In this document: piece by piece, positions 27,136 to 34,074 of the stretch | How positions within the stretch are numbered: position 1 is the stretch's first letter | How the letters are laid out: the number at the start of each line of letters is the position of its first letter | Source: a virus | Length of the DNA: 37,470 nt | IMG/VR virus record: IMGVR_UViG_3300018492_000224 | Coordinates: 1-37,470 of that record | Reading direction: 5' to 3' (one strand) | Notes under the pieces: generated by a model | Database searches by the model: none | Told to the model about the DNA's origin: nothing | The model's input: the letters and a program-made list of their open reading frames with translations, nothing else | Program-made: the position numbers and the translations under genes

Positions 27136-27162
27136 GCACTCACAGTTGTGGGTGCTTTTTTT
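27136..27162 (+). terminator. Intrinsic terminator after the inserted cassette
   Basis: Stem GCACTCAC (27136-27143) pairs with GTGGGTGC (27148-27155) with one G-U pair, followed by TTTTTTT. Confidence 0.7.
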
Positions 27163-27183
27163 ATGCAGAAAGGAGGGAACGGC

Positions 27184-28305
27184 TTGATTGATTTGAGCAG
27201 CAAAACATACCAAAACCTATTGCAGACCATGCTGGGGCAGGTATCCAATTCCTATGACAAGCGAGAAGGCAGCCTTATCCAGACAGCTGTCGGTCCTGCG
27301 GCTTATGGGCTGGAAGCTTTTTATCTGGCACTGGATCAGGTGCAGCTTTCCGCTTACATTCCAACAGCAGAGGGTGCGTCATTAGACCTTCTGGCGGTCA
27401 TTGCCGGTTTGACACGATACCCAGCATCGGCAGCTGTCCGTCTGGGTAAATTTTCACAGCCAGTGCCTTTGGGAGCAAGATTTTCCACTATCAATGGGGC
27501 AGACAGTATCAATTTTATCGTCAGCGGCACCACAGATAACCCCAATGAATTCCAGCTGAAAGCGGAAACCGTTGGCATTATCGGCAATGATTATACGGGG
27601 AATATCCTGCCCATTACGTATCTTCCCGGGCTGGAATCTGCAGTCATGGATGATATCTTGATTCCTGGGGATGATGTGGAAACGGACGATGATTTCCGGC
27701 AACGTATCATCAACGCCCTGAACGAAAAGCCATTCGGCGGCAATGTGGCAGCCTATCGAGAGTTTATTGGTGGGCTGGAAGGGGTAGGCGGTGTACAGGT
27801 CTATCCCACATGGAACGGCGGTGGTACGGTGAAATGCTCCATCATTGGGGCGGATTTTGCGCCTGCGTCTGAATTGCTGGTGGAAACGGTGCAGAACGCT
27901 GTTGACCCACCTGTGAATCAGGGGTTGGGACTTGGTATGGCTCCCATCGGTGCAAAAGTGACTATTGTCGCGCCGGAAGCTGTCACCATCAACGTCACTG
28001 CCAATTTGACGCTGGCGGCTGGCTATGAGATCGGGCAGGTACAGAAGCCTGTGGAAGATGCCATTGCCGCTTATCTGCTGCAGGTGCGGAAGGGATGGGC
28101 GGCGCCTACTGTCCCCGGCGGCGTGCAGTATCAGGCGGATGTATATCTGGCACAGGTCATTGCCGCCATCATTCAAGTGCCGGGTGTGGTCAATGCCACC
28201 AATGTGCAAATGAATGGTCAGGCACAGGATGTGATACTGACCCAGACTGGGATGGTGCAGCAGGTGCCAAAAGAAGGGATGGTGAGCCTCAATGTGGCAA
28301 CTTGA
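27184..28305 (+). CDS. Baseplate J-like protein (XkdT)
   Basis: TTG 27184 lies 7 nt after GAAAGGAGGG. The track start 27148 lies inside the terminator hairpin. Size and position match the baseplate J family. Confidence 0.75.
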   Translation: MIDLSSKTYQNLLQTMLGQVSNSYDKREGSLIQTAVGPAAYGLEAFYLALDQVQLSAYIPTAEGASLDLLAVIAGLTRYPASAAVRLGKFSQPVPLGARFSTINGADSINFIVSGTTDNPNEFQLKAETVGIIGNDYTGNILPITYLPGLESAVMDDILIPGDDVETDDDFRQRIINALNEKPFGGNVAAYREFIGGLEGVGGVQVYPTWNGGGTVKCSIIGADFAPASELLVETVQNAVDPPVNQGLGLGMAPIGAKVTIVAPEAVTINVTANLTLAAGYEIGQVQKPVEDAIAAYLLQVRKGWAAPTVPGGVQYQADVYLAQVIAAIIQVPGVVNATNVQMNGQAQDVILTQTGMVQQVPKEGMVSLNVAT

Positions 28306-29182
28306 TACGGATTTACTGCGGTATCTGCCACCTTGGTTCCGGCGGATTCTGGATTTTCAGGAGATTTGCAAAACAGAAAGCGCCCAGATGGAAGCCCTTA
28401 CCGCTGCCATCAATGCGGTGGCAGACAATTTCTTTTTTCAGACCATGGATGAAGGGGCTGTTTCCACATGGGAAAAGATTTTTGGTATTGTGCCGAATCC
28501 CCAGACAGAAACACTGGATTTTCGCAGAGAACGTGTACTGAATCGTGTTTCTATGCAGCCGCCTTTTACCCTTGGGTTTCTGTATCAAAAACTGGATCAG
28601 ATCATCGGCAAGGGGAAATATGAAATCCATGTGGACTATCCAAACTACACACTGTACATCCTCAGCAGTGCGGAAAACCAGTCTTATGCCACGGAGGTTT
28701 CTTATACGGTTGGGAGAATCAAACCAGCACATATCGTATTCATCAATCAACCTTTTGTGGCAAATAAACTCACGCTAGGAGAAACTGTGGCACTGTCTGC
28801 TTTGGTGTGGCAGTACCGTCTGGGTTCGTGGGGATTGGGTTTGATGCCCTTTGTATTGACAGAAGATAAGGAGGTGGTCGTGGTGCCATCAAATTATAGT
28901 GTGCAACAGGAACTTTTGGAGGATACGGCAAAAGCCATTCCGCCCAATGTAACCAGTGCCAGAATCAATGGCAGTATCGTCATTTCTTCGCTGGATAGAA
29001 CAACAGTGGGAAATGTGGCACAGGTGCAGTATACAGTGACAGCAGAACAGACCTCGTTGGTGACGCAGATCGAGCTGCTGGACAGTGACGGGAACGTGCT
29101 GACGACTTCTCCCGTATATGTGCCGGTAACAGAGCCGGCGATTTTCACCCATAAAATTCAGGTAGATGTAAAGGAGGGATGA
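28292..29182 (+). CDS. Tail protein (XkdU / DUF2313, P2 gpI-like)
   Basis: LLRYLPPWFRRILDFQEICKTESAQMEAL...FFFQTMDE resembles DUF2313. Position is after baseplate J. Confidence 0.6.
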   Translation: MWQLDTDLLRYLPPWFRRILDFQEICKTESAQMEALTAAINAVADNFFFQTMDEGAVSTWEKIFGIVPNPQTETLDFRRERVLNRVSMQPPFTLGFLYQKLDQIIGKGKYEIHVDYPNYTLYILSSAENQSYATEVSYTVGRIKPAHIVFINQPFVANKLTLGETVALSALVWQYRLGSWGLGLMPFVLTEDKEVVVVPSNYSVQQELLEDTAKAIPPNVTSARINGSIVISSLDRTTVGNVAQVQYTVTAEQTSLVTQIELLDSDGNVLTTSPVYVPVTEPAIFTHKIQVDVKEG

Positions 29183-29185
29183 CCT

Positions 29186-30088
29186 ATGCCGAAATTACCA
29201 GCGGATTTGCCGGAAAACTGGACGCAAGGGCAGACTATTAGTCCGAATGGGACAGAAGTGGGGCTGACAGAAAAACATGGTTATAATTATCTGATGAAAC
29301 AGGTCAACGATACCCAGACAGAGGTCAATAACATCAATACAGCCTTGACCGATGTGGCTCAACAGGCAACGGTAGACGAAATCAAAAACAAAATCGGCAC
29401 AGAAAGTGACGCCGACACACAGCCTACATTGTTCGGACGGTTGGCACAGCTGAAAAATGTGTTGCTGGAAAAGTTGGCGGAGGTGCTGACGAAGGTAACG
29501 GGGATTGATGGGAAGATTGGTATAAGTAGTGATACAGCAGAAGACGAAACACTGTTTGGTGGACTAAATGATATTAAACAAAATACGAAAGAGAAAATGC
29601 TTGTTCCATCAAATAATCTGAAAATTACGGTTTTGAATACCGAGTTAAAGGGTACCAGATATGATAATGTCTTCATTGGTTATGCTATCTTTAGCCATAC
29701 TGGTTTTGTTAAATTAAAAATGAGTTGTAAGGGACATCCTATTAGCGGAGATGATTCCCCAGGTGAAGTTTATTTAGGCTATCTACACAGTGCAGTGAAT
29801 AAGGGTATTACCTCAGATGCCGCATTCGAGAACAGCTTACCATCCAAAGGTGATATAGTTAATGATAATGGTGGTCCTACTTTTAATGATTACCGCATTA
29901 CTGCACAGAGTATTGCACATTTAACAAAATCAGATGCTTATACTGAGTATGTAGGTGTTATTGCTGTTGAAAAAGGAAGATGGTATAGCTTTTCTTTGTT
30001 TGGAAGCAATAGCTGTAAAGACATATACTGCAATAAATTAGAAGTCTACTATGACGAAGTGGAGGTGAAAAATAATTATGGTGATTAA
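29186..30088 (+). CDS. Tail fibre / receptor-binding protein (XkdV position)
   Basis: N-terminus MPKLPADLPENWTQGQTISPNGTEVGL..HGYNYLMKQVN is typical of fibres in this phage type. The C-terminal two-thirds is visibly AT-richer. Confidence 0.6.
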   Translation: MPKLPADLPENWTQGQTISPNGTEVGLTEKHGYNYLMKQVNDTQTEVNNINTALTDVAQQATVDEIKNKIGTESDADTQPTLFGRLAQLKNVLLEKLAEVLTKVTGIDGKIGISSDTAEDETLFGGLNDIKQNTKEKMLVPSNNLKITVLNTELKGTRYDNVFIGYAIFSHTGFVKLKMSCKGHPISGDDSPGEVYLGYLHSAVNKGITSDAAFENSLPSKGDIVNDNGGPTFNDYRITAQSIAHLTKSDAYTEYVGVIAVEKGRWYSFSLFGSNSCKDIYCNKLEVYYDEVEVKNNYGD

Positions 30089-30407
30089 ATATGATGAAAC
30101 CACCAAAAGAGTTATTTGGTACAACAAATATCAAAGTAAACAGGAAGCACAATCAAGATTGGACGAAACGACTATTTGGATTGAAGGTGAAATTCCTGAG
30201 ATAGAATATAAAGAAGGTTATCAGCATGTGTTTTATGTCAACGAGGATATGCAGTCTATTCGTGTAGAATATGAACCAATTCCGGAAACAGAGCCAACCA
30301 TCAACGAAAAAATCTATGAAGCCGTAAGTAAAAGCCAAGACGAAATCCGTCAGGAAGGGGCAGACATGGTCATGGAGGAACTTTTGAAAAGGGGGCTGAT
30401 CGTATGA
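30078..30407 (+). CDS. Hypothetical protein (XkdW position; possible fibre accessory)
   Basis: 109 aa, overlaps the fibre gene end, with a GGAGGTG SD. Called by position only. Confidence 0.45.
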   Translation: MVIKYDETTKRVIWYNKYQSKQEAQSRLDETTIWIEGEIPEIEYKEGYQHVFYVNEDMQSIRVEYEPIPETEPTINEKIYEAVSKSQDEIRQEGADMVMEELLKRGLIV

Positions 30408-30613
30408 AATCAGGGGCGGAATATTTTCTGGACTACTACAAAAAGAGATACCAGAAAGGCGAAATCACAGAGGAACGGCTTTCCCAGATGGTCACTGCTG
30501 GAACCATCAGTGAGGATGAAAAGCAGTATATCATGAAAAGGGAAGAAACGGGTGGAAATGATCCCGATCTGGTGACCTACTACGAAATGACACAGGGCAT
30601 TTTGCCAAAATAG
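30404..30613 (+). CDS. XkdX-like small protein
   Basis: YYKKRYQKGEITEERLSQMVTAGTISEDEKQYI resembles the XkdX family pattern (yy..g..t.e.v...V..g.It.ee). Gene order supports the call. Confidence 0.5.
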   Translation: MKSGAEYFLDYYKKRYQKGEITEERLSQMVTAGTISEDEKQYIMKREETGGNDPDLVTYYEMTQGILPK

Positions 30614-30628
30614 AAATGAGGTGATTTT

Positions 30629-31069
30629 ATGGGATACATTGAAGACGCTGAAAGACTGATTGAACACGTGAAGCAGATCAAGCAGACGGGAGCAAGTGCG
30701 ACACAGGAACAGGCAAATCCACCTGCAGATATCGGCATTTTTGCGGACGGCTATCCGGAATGGGTGCAGGATGACGGATTGGAAGAACTGTACCATATTT
30801 CCTACTATCCGAAAACAGGGATTGCGTATCAGTGCATCAATCCAATTCAGAGATTCGCACACTATACGCCAGATGTGGCTACAAACAACTACAATCCATA
30901 TCCAGAACCGGATGCGGACGGTGTTTATCCCTATGTTTACGGGATGGGTGTAAAAATTGGCATGAGAGAGCGTGACCCCAATGGGAAGGTATATGTAGCA
31001 ATCCAAGCGATGACAAAACAGCTGAATCCGCCTAGCGAACTGGCAGCCATCTTCCAGATTGAGGGGTGA
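30629..31069 (+). CDS. Hypothetical protein
   Basis: 146-aa ORF with a GAGGTG SD. Rich in aromatic residues and Pro. No family recognised. Confidence 0.5.
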   Translation: MGYIEDAERLIEHVKQIKQTGASATQEQANPPADIGIFADGYPEWVQDDGLEELYHISYYPKTGIAYQCINPIQRFAHYTPDVATNNYNPYPEPDADGVYPYVYGMGVKIGMRERDPNGKVYVAIQAMTKQLNPPSELAAIFQIEG

Positions 31070-31074
31070 GGAAT

Positions 31075-31335
31075 ATGACTTGGGATATTGTGGCAGGAAT
31101 TGTGATTCTTGCTGGATTCATCATCACTGTAGTAAAAACTGTCATCCCACTGACTAATGCGGTGACGCGGCTGACAGATCAAATCGTGTTCGTCACTGGA
31201 AAGGTGGATGAGATGGACAAGCAGAAAAAGGAGGAACATAAGGAAATCTACGAGCATAACAAGGCACAGGATGCTATGCTGCAGAACCATGAACAGCGGC
31301 TTCATGATCTGGACGGGAAGTGGTACAGCCAATGA
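31075..31335 (+). CDS. Membrane-anchored coiled-coil protein (XhlA-like position in lysis cassette)
   Basis: N-terminal hydrophobic helix WDIVAGIVILAGFIITVV followed by a charged helix KVDEMDKQKKEEHKEIYEHNKAQDAMLQNHEQRLHDL. ATG 31075 lies 8 nt after GAGGGG. Confidence 0.5.
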   Translation: MTWDIVAGIVILAGFIITVVKTVIPLTNAVTRLTDQIVFVTGKVDEMDKQKKEEHKEIYEHNKAQDAMLQNHEQRLHDLDGKWYSQ

Positions 31336-31607
31336 AACGAAAACGAAATACATATACCAAAAAGCTGGTGAAATGGATTCTTGCAATCTCGATGATAGAC
31401 TTGCAGTTATCCTATTTGCTGGCTTTTTTAGGTCGTGTTGAAATCGCAGAAAATCTGTCCATGACGGTGGTGACCGCCATCATTGGTACAGTCATCACCT
31501 ATTGCATCAAATCTTTCAAAGAAACGAAAGAGGCGGAGAAGCTGCGATTTGACAGGGAAACAAACAACGCAAAACAGGAAGAAGTTTGGACGAATAAGGA
31601 GGTCTGA
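31332..31607 (+). CDS. Putative holin (two hydrophobic segments)
   Basis: ATGA overlap with the upstream gene. Basic N-terminus MKRKRNTYTKK, segments LVKWILAISMIDLQLSYLLAFL and MTVVTAIIGTVITYCI, and a charged C-terminus. Confidence 0.5.
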   Translation: MKRKRNTYTKKLVKWILAISMIDLQLSYLLAFLGRVEIAENLSMTVVTAIIGTVITYCIKSFKETKEAEKLRFDRETNNAKQEEVWTNKEV

Positions 31608-31610
31608 AGT

Positions 31611-32012
31611 ATGAATGATGTTGTGAAATTTTTGGTGGAAAACTGGTACTTGCTCATTGCTGGTGTAGGTGTAGCGGCGGCAGCAGGATTTATGCTATAT
31701 CACTTTTTTAAATTGCCTACCAAAGAACAGATTGCCAAAATCAAGGAATGGCTGCTGTATGCGGTGACCGAAGCGGAAAAAGAACTGGGCAGCGGTACCG
31801 GACAGCTGAAACTGCGTCAGGTTTATGATTTGTTTGTTCAGCGGTTTCCGGCAGTGGCAGCAGTGATTTCTTTTGATACGTTTTCTGGTTGGGTGGATGA
31901 AGCATTGGAACAGATGCGTGAAATGCTGGCAAAAAATGAACAAGTAGCGGCTTATGTGGAAAATTGCTTTTTGGTACAGGAAATTAGAGAAGGGGTGGCT
32001 ATTGATGGCTAA
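31611..32012 (+). CDS. Putative holin, LL-H-like
   Basis: N-terminal helix WYLLIAGVGVAAAAGFMLY followed by EWLLYAVTEAEKELGSGTGQLKLRQVYDLF, reminiscent of the LL-H holin family. Directly upstream of the endolysin. Confidence 0.5.
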   Translation: MNDVVKFLVENWYLLIAGVGVAAAAGFMLYHFFKLPTKEQIAKIKEWLLYAVTEAEKELGSGTGQLKLRQVYDLFVQRFPAVAAVISFDTFSGWVDEALEQMREMLAKNEQVAAYVENCFLVQEIREGVAIDG

Positions 32013-32625
32013 AGTAACGGCGGCAGAGCTGGTAGCGTTTGCAAAGTCAAAGTTGGGCGCCCCTTATGTGTACGGCATGAAGGGTACTGTCATGACACTG
32101 GCGAAATACAATGAGCTGAAAGCCCTCTATGGTGCTTTGGTCTGGGACAGCGATAAAAACAAGGTTGGAAAGGTCTGTTGTGACTGTTCCGGTCTGATCA
32201 GTTGGGCAACGGGTATTGTTCGCAATTCTCAGGGATATCATGACACAGCGTTGGAGGTTCATCCTATTTCCACAATCAGCAAGGCGCCGATCGGGGCAGC
32301 TGTGTGGCAGAAAGGACATATCGGCATTTATATCGGCAACGGGGAATATATTGCCGAGGATGGCAGTGCTTATGGTTGCCGAAGAAATAAACTGAGCAAG
32401 GCTGGATTTACTCATTGGCTGATTTTGAAAGACATCGATTACACGGTGAAAGAGGAGGATTCTGAAATGGTGGAACAGGCGAAATTGATCATTGATGGCA
32501 GAGAGTTTATCGTGGACCGTATCCTGAAGGACGGGACAAACTATATCAAAATTCGGGACATTGCGGATGTGCTGGGGTATGAGGTGACCAGCAAAGGCAG
32601 TATTGCGGTGCTGACCAAACAGTAA
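32005..32625 (+). CDS. Endolysin: NlpC/P60 (C40) peptidase with C-terminal Cu-amine-oxidase-N-like wall-binding domain
   Basis: Catalytic-type motifs CDCSGLISWA and GHIGIYIGNGEYI. C-terminal IIDGREFIVDRILKDGTNYIKIRDIADVLGYEV. ATG 32005 overlaps the holin stop. Confidence 0.8.
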   Translation: MAKVTAAELVAFAKSKLGAPYVYGMKGTVMTLAKYNELKALYGALVWDSDKNKVGKVCCDCSGLISWATGIVRNSQGYHDTALEVHPISTISKAPIGAAVWQKGHIGIYIGNGEYIAEDGSAYGCRRNKLSKAGFTHWLILKDIDYTVKEEDSEMVEQAKLIIDGREFIVDRILKDGTNYIKIRDIADVLGYEVTSKGSIAVLTKQ

Positions 32626-32632
32626 AGAAAAC

Positions 32633-32659
32633 GGGGCGGTATATCCGCCCCTTATTTTT
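32633..32659. terminator. Bidirectional intrinsic terminator (end of late operon / end of leftward HTH gene)
   Basis: GGGGCGG (32633-32639), loop TATAT, CCGCCCC (32645-32651), then TTATTTTT. A T-rich run is also present on the other strand. Confidence 0.8.
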
Positions 32660-32867
32660 ATTGGAAAATTTTTTTGGTATCTCTTGTGATGAATTGAATA
32701 TCACAATCCAATATATTTGTGATTTTCAGAACTTCATCAAATGAAAAACTATCTCGGTATAATTTATTGCTCATGGATTGTGGCGCAATTTCCAGTTTTT
32801 CCGCAAGCTCCTTTACACTCATGTTTCTTTCAATCATCAGTTGTTTTATAATTTTTGATGCTGCCAT
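32658..32867 (-). CDS. XRE-family HTH regulator (69 aa)
   Basis: MAASKIIKQLMIERNMSVKELAEKLEIAPQSMSNKLYR is a classic HTH_XRE. ATG 32867 is preceded by AAGGAGG. The track start 32897 is rejected. Confidence 0.7.
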   Translation of the reverse strand: MAASKIIKQLMIERNMSVKELAEKLEIAPQSMSNKLYRDSFSFDEVLKITNILDCDIQFITRDTKKIFQ

Positions 32868-32887
32868 AACAACCCCTCCTTTTTGAT

Positions 32888-32917
32888 AGTATAACATATA
32901 TGGGTATAAAATGTAAA
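32888..32917 (-). promoter_or_regulatory. Candidate leftward promoter (TTTACA-18-TGtTATACT)
   Basis: Read on the minus strand, the -35 is at 32917..32912 and the extended -10 at 32896..32888. Confidence 0.35.
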
Positions 32918-32955
32918 TAAAGAAGAAAAAATAGCAATAAATGTTATAAAACCTA

Positions 32956-32983
32956 TTGACATTTACTCAAAAATGAGTATAAT
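32956..32983 (+). promoter_or_regulatory. Consensus sigma70-type promoter (TTGACA-16-TATAAT)
   Basis: TTGACA at 32956-32961 and TATAAT at 32978-32983. Both hexamers are perfect. Confidence 0.6.
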
Positions 32984-33008
32984 ATAATTATAGAAAGGAG
33001 ATGAGAAC

Positions 33009-33125
33009 ATGAGCAAGCAAAAGAAAAGCAGTAAGCAGGATAAAAGGTTAGCCGCCATACTCCTACTTACTGCGGTGGTAAACCTCATAGAAGCTCTGAT
33101 AGAAATTATCAGAAAGCTGATATGA
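33009..33125 (+). CDS. Small hydrophobic peptide 1 (38 aa)
   Basis: MSKQKKSSKQDKRLAAILLLTAVVNLIEALIEIIRKLI. ATG lies 8 nt after AAAGGAG and about 25 nt downstream of the consensus promoter. Not in the ORF track (<60 aa). Confidence 0.5.
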   Translation: MSKQKKSSKQDKRLAAILLLTAVVNLIEALIEIIRKLI

Positions 33126-33213
33126 GAATGGGGGAGGGAAACCTCCCCTACCATAAAAATATAGGAATGTTTGCTCATTGTCAATATATAAAATGACAGA
33201 AAGGAGCGGTAGT

Positions 33214-33303
33214 ATGGAAATGTTATATTTAGGTTTTAAGGGATTGAAAGCGGTATTTTGCATAGCGGTTATTGTTTATGTAGTAAGAAATTGGAGAAGA
33301 TAA
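33214..33303 (+). CDS. Small hydrophobic peptide 2 (29 aa)
   Basis: MEMLYLGFKGLKAVFCIAVIVYVVRNWRR. ATG lies 7 nt after AAGGAG. Followed by a terminator. Confidence 0.5.
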   Translation: MEMLYLGFKGLKAVFCIAVIVYVVRNWRR

Positions 33304-33327
33304 AAAAGGAATGAACCATAAAGGAAA

Positions 33328-33358
33328 GCCCCTGTAAAAACAGGGGCAATTCTTTTTT
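33328..33358. terminator. Bidirectional intrinsic terminator
   Basis: GCCCCTG (33328-33334), loop TAAAAA, CAGGGGC (33341-33347), then AATTCTTTTTT. A T-rich run is also present on the minus strand. Confidence 0.75.
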
Positions 33359-33785
33359 ATTCTGTGAAAAGTTCTTTTGCAAGACCGCTGGTATATTTAC
33401 ATCCGGCAGTAAAGCCCTTTTCTTCGGTTTCGGCTACCAGTTCATTCAGCAATTCTTCCGCGGTAAAATAATCATCAGCGTTCAGCTTTTCTTTCAAAAA
33501 TGCAGTGATTTTTTCCATCTTTTCTCCTCCTGTTGAAATTTCCTGTATTTCATCGTTTCTCTCTCTAATATAACTCTGGTATAAACCGGCGATGCTTTTT
33601 TCTTCGATGTTAGAAGTTCCGTTTTCATATTCGGAATAAAGAGATACAGGAATGTTTACCTTGGAAGCAAGCTCTTCCTGAGATAATCCGTTCTTGATTC
33701 TTAACGCCTTTACCCTTGAAGGAGATAGCAATTCATTTGGAACAAGAAAGGAATCATCTCTATTCATAGGGACGTCATATCCCAT
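33357..33785 (-). CDS. XRE-family HTH regulator with C-terminal extension
   Basis: SRVKALRIKNGLSQEELASKVNIPVSLYSEYENG is an HTH_XRE. The start is uncertain: ATG 33785 or 33767, while the track start 33809 is a TTG. An internal in-frame ATG 33518 has a strong SD. Confidence 0.6.
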   Translation of the reverse strand: MGYDVPMNRDDSFLVPNELLSPSRVKALRIKNGLSQEELASKVNIPVSLYSEYENGTSNIEEKSIAGLYQSYIRERNDEIQEISTGGEKMEKITAFLKEKLNADDYFTAEELLNELVAETEEKGFTAGCKYTSGLAKELFTE

Positions 33786-33822
33786 AAGCCATGTCTCTGT
33801 AACACCCAAAGCTAAACCGAGA

Positions 33823-34047
33823 GTGGAAAGAGATTATAGAAAACTGAGAGGAAAAATTGTCGAAGTGTATGGAACAATGTCTAATTTTGCTAAAGAAATG
33901 GGATATTCGGAAAGAACGATTTCATTAAAAATCAATGGGAAAGTCGATTTTTCTCAAAGCGACATTGTAAAAATGGTAAGCCTATTGGGCCTGCGGGATA
34001 AAGATATTCCCATATATTTTTTTACAAACAAAGTTCAAAGTATTTAA
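33823..34047 (+). CDS. Cro-like HTH protein (DUF739-like)
   Basis: ERDYRKLRGKIVEVYGTMSNFAKEMGYSERTISLKINGKVDFSQSDIVKMVSLLGL...IYFF matches the DUF739 pattern from its first residues. GTG 33823 is chosen, with a weak SD. Confidence 0.55.
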   Translation: MERDYRKLRGKIVEVYGTMSNFAKEMGYSERTISLKINGKVDFSQSDIVKMVSLLGLRDKDIPIYFFTNKVQSI

Positions 34048-34074
34048 CTGTCGGCGGGTGAATGGAGGTAATAA

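Noticed and set aside
27148-27183. Track start GTG 27148 (and ATG 27163) for the baseplate J gene
   Set aside because: Both lie within the terminator stem or T-tract and lack an SD. TTG 27184 sits 7 nt after GAAAGGAGGG.
32963-33263. Minus-strand track ORFs 32963..33184 (73 aa) and 33063..33263 (66 aa)
   Set aside because: They have no SD or promoter. They run antisense to two SD-preceded mini-ORFs that sit directly behind a perfect consensus promoter and before a terminator, so the + strand reading is preferred.
33694-33822. First 43 codons of the track ORF 33694..34047
   Set aside because: They overlap the HTH-coding part of the leftward gene in antisense. DUF739-like similarity starts right at GTG 33823.
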